DNA of 64,000 nucleotides from NCBI GenBank assembly GCA_001643675.2, contig LSRY02000001.1:1488001-1552000 (forward strand), in the 5' to 3' direction. The stretch's first letter is position 1. The number at the start of each line of letters is the position of its first letter. This stretch comes from Monocercomonoides exilis PA203. Its lineage: Eukaryota > Protista > Preaxostyla. Below, piece by piece: positions 61,701 to 64,000 of the stretch. Under the pieces are notes generated by a model that was not told where the DNA came from, did not search any database, and saw only the letters and a program-made list of their open reading frames with translations. Position numbers and translations under genes: made by a program.

Positions 61701-64000
61701 TGTTTGTTGACCTTTTGAGAACTGAGAGCTGTCAGCTTGAGAAGCGCTTAATGATGCATGATTTTGAGTATGTCCCAGTTTTGTTGGAGACTGAGCAGCA
61801 GAAGGCGAGTTTCTTATTTGAGTGCGTATGTCTGCATATTTGGCAAGGATGGCTTTACAACGTGGGACGCTAATAGCAAACGTGATCTTTGAAGAAGCAA
61901 TGGGCACTGCATGAAGATTGGCATAAAGAGCACCGGTTGAGAAGGATAGCAAAGATGTTGGAGAATCTGTAGCAATGGCAGATATTTCTTCAGACACAAT
62001 ACAGACATTATATCCAAATGACAGAGGCAGAAAGCGTTTAAGATTTTGCTCCTTTATCAGATCTTGCTTGGGAGTGAGCTCAAAAGACGAAGATGGAGAT
62101 AGAGAAGGCTTTTGTGAAGGCTCGTTGCTTCTGCTTGTTTGCAGGAAAGGAGATAAAAGTGAACTGCTTTGCATTTTTGATAGACTTGAGAATACACCAG
62201 ATATGTTTGATCTTTGTAGTGTACCTGTCTTTGCTTGAAGTCGCATCGGACCAAATGAAGGCGATCCAACTCTTCGGACTTTCTCCATTTTGTGCTTCTC
62301 AACCACATCTGTGATGATTTGCAGCTTTTTCAGTGATTCTCTCTCTTTCTTCTTTGCCATCTTTTCTTGGCTTGAAAACTTATCTCCAATTTCTTTTGCA
62401 ACAGTTTTGATTTCAGTCATTACTGAGTTCAATTGCAATGCTATGCCTTTCACTTCTGATTGAATGTTCTGGAAAACTAGCAGAATATGTGAAAACATCT
62501 CTGGATTGACTAATATTGACATCTTTCCCAATTCTACAATTGCTGATGTGCACAGTTGTTGAGCTATATCCTTCATCTGAAGATTGGTTGAAGTCGTGTT
62601 CTGGGTATCATTTACAAAACTCTGTTTAGGTGAATTCCAAAATTCGTTTTGAAGAGAAGGAAGAGTTGGAAATGAACTTGGCGCAAACGACGAAACAAAA
62701 GATTGACTTACAGATTGAACATTCTGTTGCGAAAATTGTTGCCTTTCAGCATTATTTTCTCCTTCTGAAGGCTTGCTGCTTTGCTCAGAGAGTTTGGTTG
62801 ATGTTGACAGATGAGAAGGAGAGAAAGATGTGACAGAGACAGCACCTTTAACAGAAGGAAGCAAAAGAGAAGGAATTCCAGCTGGAATCGGAGGAAGTGT
62901 TTCGAGAAACGGGATAGTCGATGGAGCCTTCGCTTGCTTCTGACTTGGTGCCACAAATGGAGATGGTCTCAAAGTTGGGCGTCTTGAATGTTTTCCCTTT
63001 GATTGGTGTGAATTAAGTTTTGGTGCTGCAACAGACGAAGATGATTTATGCGAAATAAACGCTCCTCCATCTGGACCGATGCTGTGGTTGTATGGAGAGT
63101 TGTGAGGCGAAATATAGACAGGTGTTGATTCAACGGCAGGCTGGATCTGTGTTGCTGTATGTGCCATCTGAGAGAACAATGCGGCCGCAGAAATTCTGCT
63201 CCTCTTTTGTGCAGGGAGGAATGTGACACGATTCTGTCTTATATAAAACAGCATGTTCAAAGTGAAGTCCTTGTCAACATGCTTTGCTGTTTCGAACTGT
63301 GTGATTTTTGAAAGATTCCGTGTAAATATCGTTGGATGAGGTGTTTCTGGTTGATTGCCTAAACGAGGTCCAGCTTGCTTTTTGCCCTTTGGCGCATCCT
63401 GAGCTTTCTCAGACTTCTCTGCCTTTAAGTGCTGAGCTTGTGTGGCAGAGGAAGGAGTAGTTGGAAGTGGCATTGGACGTTCCAATGAATTGCGCTGCAG
63501 CTGTTGAGTCCGAACATTCCCAGGAGCAGTCTGCATCGTGCGCGTATCTTGAACAGAAAGCGACAAATCACTGGTTGGATTTGGAATCACATGCAACGCA
63601 ACAGAAGGTTGACCAAGATGGTTCTTTCTCTTCACTCTCATTGGCTGATACACAACAGACAGTGACATTCCACAGAACTCATCCAGTAGAATTAAAGATG
63701 GCAGTGAAGATGCAATATGAGCGCGATGGAGTGTGAAAGTAATGTGAAAGGGAATGTGAAACAGACGAGGCTTCTTCTCAGATTGAGCTTTTTGTGAGCT
63801 CAACATAGTGCGAGAGGAAGATAGTGTTCCATGTGGAGAAGAAGACAATGGTGGAACATCTTGAATTCTTTGTCCGATTTCTGTGGGTGACTGCGAGGTT
63901 GGGATTGTAGTTCCATTGAATTGTTCAATTGAAATAGGAGCAGGCGGAGTGGGAATGCGAGGCAGAGGAGGAGTTGCTCTTCGGGTTGGCTTTGAATGAG
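52749..64000 (-). CDS. Giant Ser-rich protein (over 3,700 aa, 5' end outside window), possibly a BLTP1/Csf1/Tweek-like lipid transfer protein
   Basis: The frame stays open to the window edge. Short beta-strand-like blocks are separated by low-complexity linkers. The C-terminus FEYVMVSDNLNLPTIDILGELT..G..IAEIMHKYFLQP resembles the Csf1-type C-terminal motif. The ORF is certain; the family call is tentative. Confidence 0.55.
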   Translation of the reverse strand, partial: HSKPTRRATPPLPRIPTPPAPISIEQFNGTTIPTSQSPTEIGQRIQDVPPLSSSPHGTLSSSRTMLSSQKAQSEKKPRLFHIPFHITFTLHRAHIASSLPSLILLDEFCGMSLSVVYQPMRVKRKNHLGQPSVALHVIPNPTSDLSLSVQDTRTMQTAPGNVRTQQLQRNSLERPMPLPTTPSSATQAQHLKAEKSEKAQDAPKGKKQAGPRLGNQPETPHPTIFTRNLSKITQFETAKHVDKDFTLNMLFYIRQNRVTFLPAQKRSRISAAALFSQMAHTATQIQPAVESTPVYISPHNSPYNHSIGPDGGAFISHKSSSSVAAPKLNSHQSKGKHSRRPTLRPSPFVAPSQKQAKAPSTIPFLETLPPIPAGIPSLLLPSVKGAVSVTSFSPSHLSTSTKLSEQSSKPSEGENNAERQQFSQQNVQSVSQSFVSSFAPSSFPTLPSLQNEFWNSPKQSFVNDTQNTTSTNLQMKDIAQQLCTSAIVELGKMSILVNPEMFSHILLVFQNIQSEVKGIALQLNSVMTEIKTVAKEIGDKFSSQEKMAKKKERESLKKLQIITDVVEKHKMEKVRRVGSPSFGPMRLQAKTGTLQRSNISGVFSSLSKMQSSSLLSPFLQTSRSNEPSQKPSLSPSSSFELTPKQDLIKEQNLKRFLPLSFGYNVCIVSEEISAIATDSPTSLLSFSTGALYANLHAVPIASSKITFAISVPRCKAILAKYADIRTQIRNSPSAAQSPTKLGHTQNHASLSASQADSSQFSKGQQTMWTQDDIRAFLTSPQFLLNSTLAIVKMSIEVEKLAHEKLSNDPKANSTQIAVKATQQKRTPKSSSKKLPQDQSKNSRKSSPLSVKESAQYPQTSGALSMSPSIQSPREAAAGASKLACEHVQTRDLYRADITDVAATLLPSAVSLLQIMVQRYETILETFRNSSKKEKWKKKKKAEKNRNDASSSLGQKTAPSNKTLKEPLSSPRFIENGKISTKNLNLTSLLNTNYNSKANLRLTTGSDSTRSKTSFFTSPLPPRPQVLSSSLHNHTPSSLSTSSDTSPAMSDNLQSSFSESVQPRVMYVTTFTVFSLNITNVTATIVSSMAPWIAKHDGSLDSIISDLHRRHQNYSPVLMRHSLRGRSSLGSVVASPPPFSAMASSISSSSPSPSSPTPDGSPVEPLPLRPGTLPRLTPVPAILGFTSLSCAVSFGKRVEIRDDDSSTGTLHPSHSVGTLSESQSSMTNNYGSQLRPNAEHSAFSFPHTESYSCTPFSALSSNSATNSTTGLQNYPSSVNKRLPIEEDMTLNNREVHNEPPQLLSSDSGFSSGNALRNDEEIMTETASDPDSSSDTSSPSEHSIDSYYDTTNPTSESLFSSSGTFSSSSGNTESSDHTSELGSIFSDTLQENDKSNEERKSKLQMNGSPLTSGTFLSFLFNLNSVFVYLVPAKQLARAGTSIMLVPKRESALDAELMSLRALPIDPRERQKILQAKQRMSQQRGNSYQTDSKNRRSGHSGFQRMVVLPGLTQPMVADAGLSRALIPMATVKLVARINDKNGKISSDIALSGVELACELAAPRQILTIIRSWTDTISEGMIYVVLHRWKTKRLFRRLLKESNDSNQSRRATPGPISGPSDGRGSKPLFAGNTASDKASLYEDNDGNEPDEEKESESEQPSEESTDEETSETGLSSFSFISSVSETQLSKASSHNLSISSAAKSIRDNVSPPVKHGHHRKLSRYRKKSPSIASGSTWNSQQPSIIQEKLSSEALSTAPVSVKSFAPSNMTGGQTCEETNALSEQGLLTSATDGNGEKQTEITYETSGVSIVPSAKSFDFPSFSLFGDRRIEVNLMFYLSPTKIALISPISLHPSLLSTETNMPHSKFGLDHLTGFAGPTTSSGMPIPTTQRKLPANVSAFGLYNIVHVILSPEVIIRASGTQQPGKIIKSNENSKDENEVTIQMLRKEQATEGNKQTNAFFYQDESSKAGQSAPQMFVDAASNSEDGGRYGSGSLTTSSFNTDTDIAAKNAPREPSTANVVTFINIRSPSKLELQSTFVDAALLSISQTMVAGWMIKAAAKERKQNLRDCFVAINIKRLMRLDEEQEYAERKILLHSVDSYVHSMSDPSSLQKQFMINPNELPYASSPLYPLPSIGHHRSTSRAHRLHFVQKQPSQQMNNIFPNSKEASPSASRQNQIAQQEGAKNSSEAINIQQPSPVIKLQEFASSEADQQNIIVKPNEGSYSASIQSYSASVPNKKISSDIVSDSTKISNEQSNALSPPESKPAPSMRTTVQVILHVEMEDLVVGCDDGVTCAIRMLPQSSLDASFSISSLSLDSPEDEDEEVQDLLEEAASSSSSQMQANSSADEANGGNVSDSKMQQEQSASLSDKFVPSENEEYVEQQQLRHQKRHKQHEKSSEDENEIVSEQSEAATSSSSQSSTEPYRPVKMWMNLTLFTLTAPLFHVSVLRASKPGRRFSDKNAFSLAIQNTMAHATYSVPHSCEYNPDIPPPLLHVAGEIGAFSFESISLEDYSPIISIFKTVSRFISAFTAKDESSLPRKQSVSGTATEEYRARSDSIQRKEEEATHAYNRKYKQIDALFESADRGKQTQKEQEALSYEALIKERTKKEKKRLPWEFCINLRSFIISGSYTAPVKGSSPQQLRLTMVNLFAHLDSTKVSEESLTAIESVQSQQIVQSNSLFSNDSLSNIKQSSSLSPSATSAYRSLQPIILLFASVESIALKIKGSLTTDFTIAQIGVSAFIPTVFIIPCGYSERLICVADPNHENKVRMRKVMQRRKKEGEKEPQELSPSESTQEFDPMRITNDDINAINNVIPSPWIRCNAREDLHRANRPPSYGVYGIGDASTLQTILDNITGTSKPAPQAASQSASYSSARRGWDHSSLLHSLMMRLPFGVTVEGNRCGVLFTDIDSIGVVMDSALHSLMDASISHIRVNLNMNSVNPSVYGQLALKEMQKGQKRINQLSHHSTVSAIPPTSATPASTAKTQNETEFTSPSAKRVLQPIFVSTPSKQSSILAEQDVPSSNQSPSIPRSFSPSSGVSPTIPATSPPTPLSPLHLESEQQSDDNVKQTYDYPSSKMLIEQQMQLVNSFTVTCLPILFDRVVITLSSLTIPTLISSVASIKSEVLMMVSQVNAALVSVKGDMIRRGESELSSIRNSFTLEEDSNSSSRLRQRKRPEKEKPKKRAMLGQGRSQSAYSSGSGSYQSRLRSEQLAHKQLRSSSADISGVLPYQLMQNSESRFLDIVPRGVNSSFVSPENILSNPYKTISDLIFPGESNTHPSPSTPIHSSTSLTKTSSVHRLGSQSASSNAYSPATGSEKTKDESAEVPIASLGASFELAVSQFAKNWLKANVHFDGGAMLCVSSLMVRATDEEFSSAKEWVQLELKEISIKTVQTILPCFLTSANSDVINRLISTRAETTAKSSLSVDSALSSSFMVLDQQLDILLGQPTVTSIAHTKKGYALADSLDEEYTLESFLTIPTTRVVLSATRAVEGNTFLCAARTLFKQQFATSDTGTPYLTFTRILKSFLSEFQYGAKKGSARRGMNQQSSDGKSVPLASSSVWRSLQDFHSPAAVPMQLLLMNKMREEKKKAEGKSTEFHIKKMAALAVMVGEQKRAEKDSANGATGSEKQSGSDSASSNDAIGKKYPEFEYVMVSDNLNLPTIDILGELTSLTMNMLQGIVDFKSIRIAEIMHKYFLQPCISLTSSLSPAIYRTLPSPLLRQWCFNTLEKHSKKLIEIKKKRKKEGKSSYRN

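Overview
AT-rich, intron-containing eukaryotic genomic DNA in the standard genetic code. The gene content and lineage-specific families suggest an oxymonad such as Monocercomonoides (inference). Housekeeping genes: the 3' part of DNA polymerase delta, a two-domain adenosine deaminase, importin-5, U1-C, CCZ1, MPP10, GPI8, CCDC40, CFAP96-like, an ARF GTPase and a giant BLTP1/Csf1-like ORF running off the right edge. An accessory block (about 14.8-43 kb) holds three paralogues of a lineage-specific family and a receptor-like pseudokinase gene of about 2,600 codons. The main finding is a 4.9-kb insertion (33865-38767) that splits the pseudokinase gene. It has the full cis-architecture of a DIRS1-like tyrosine-recombinase retroelement: imperfect inverted termini plus an internal complementary region that is an exact copy of the circular junction. 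It integrated through a 5-bp CGAAT core into a target that resembles its own end. Its recombinase and RNase H coding remnants are decayed while its cis-signals match perfectly, and removing it restores the host reading frame exactly. All calls are by eye from motifs; no database searches were run.
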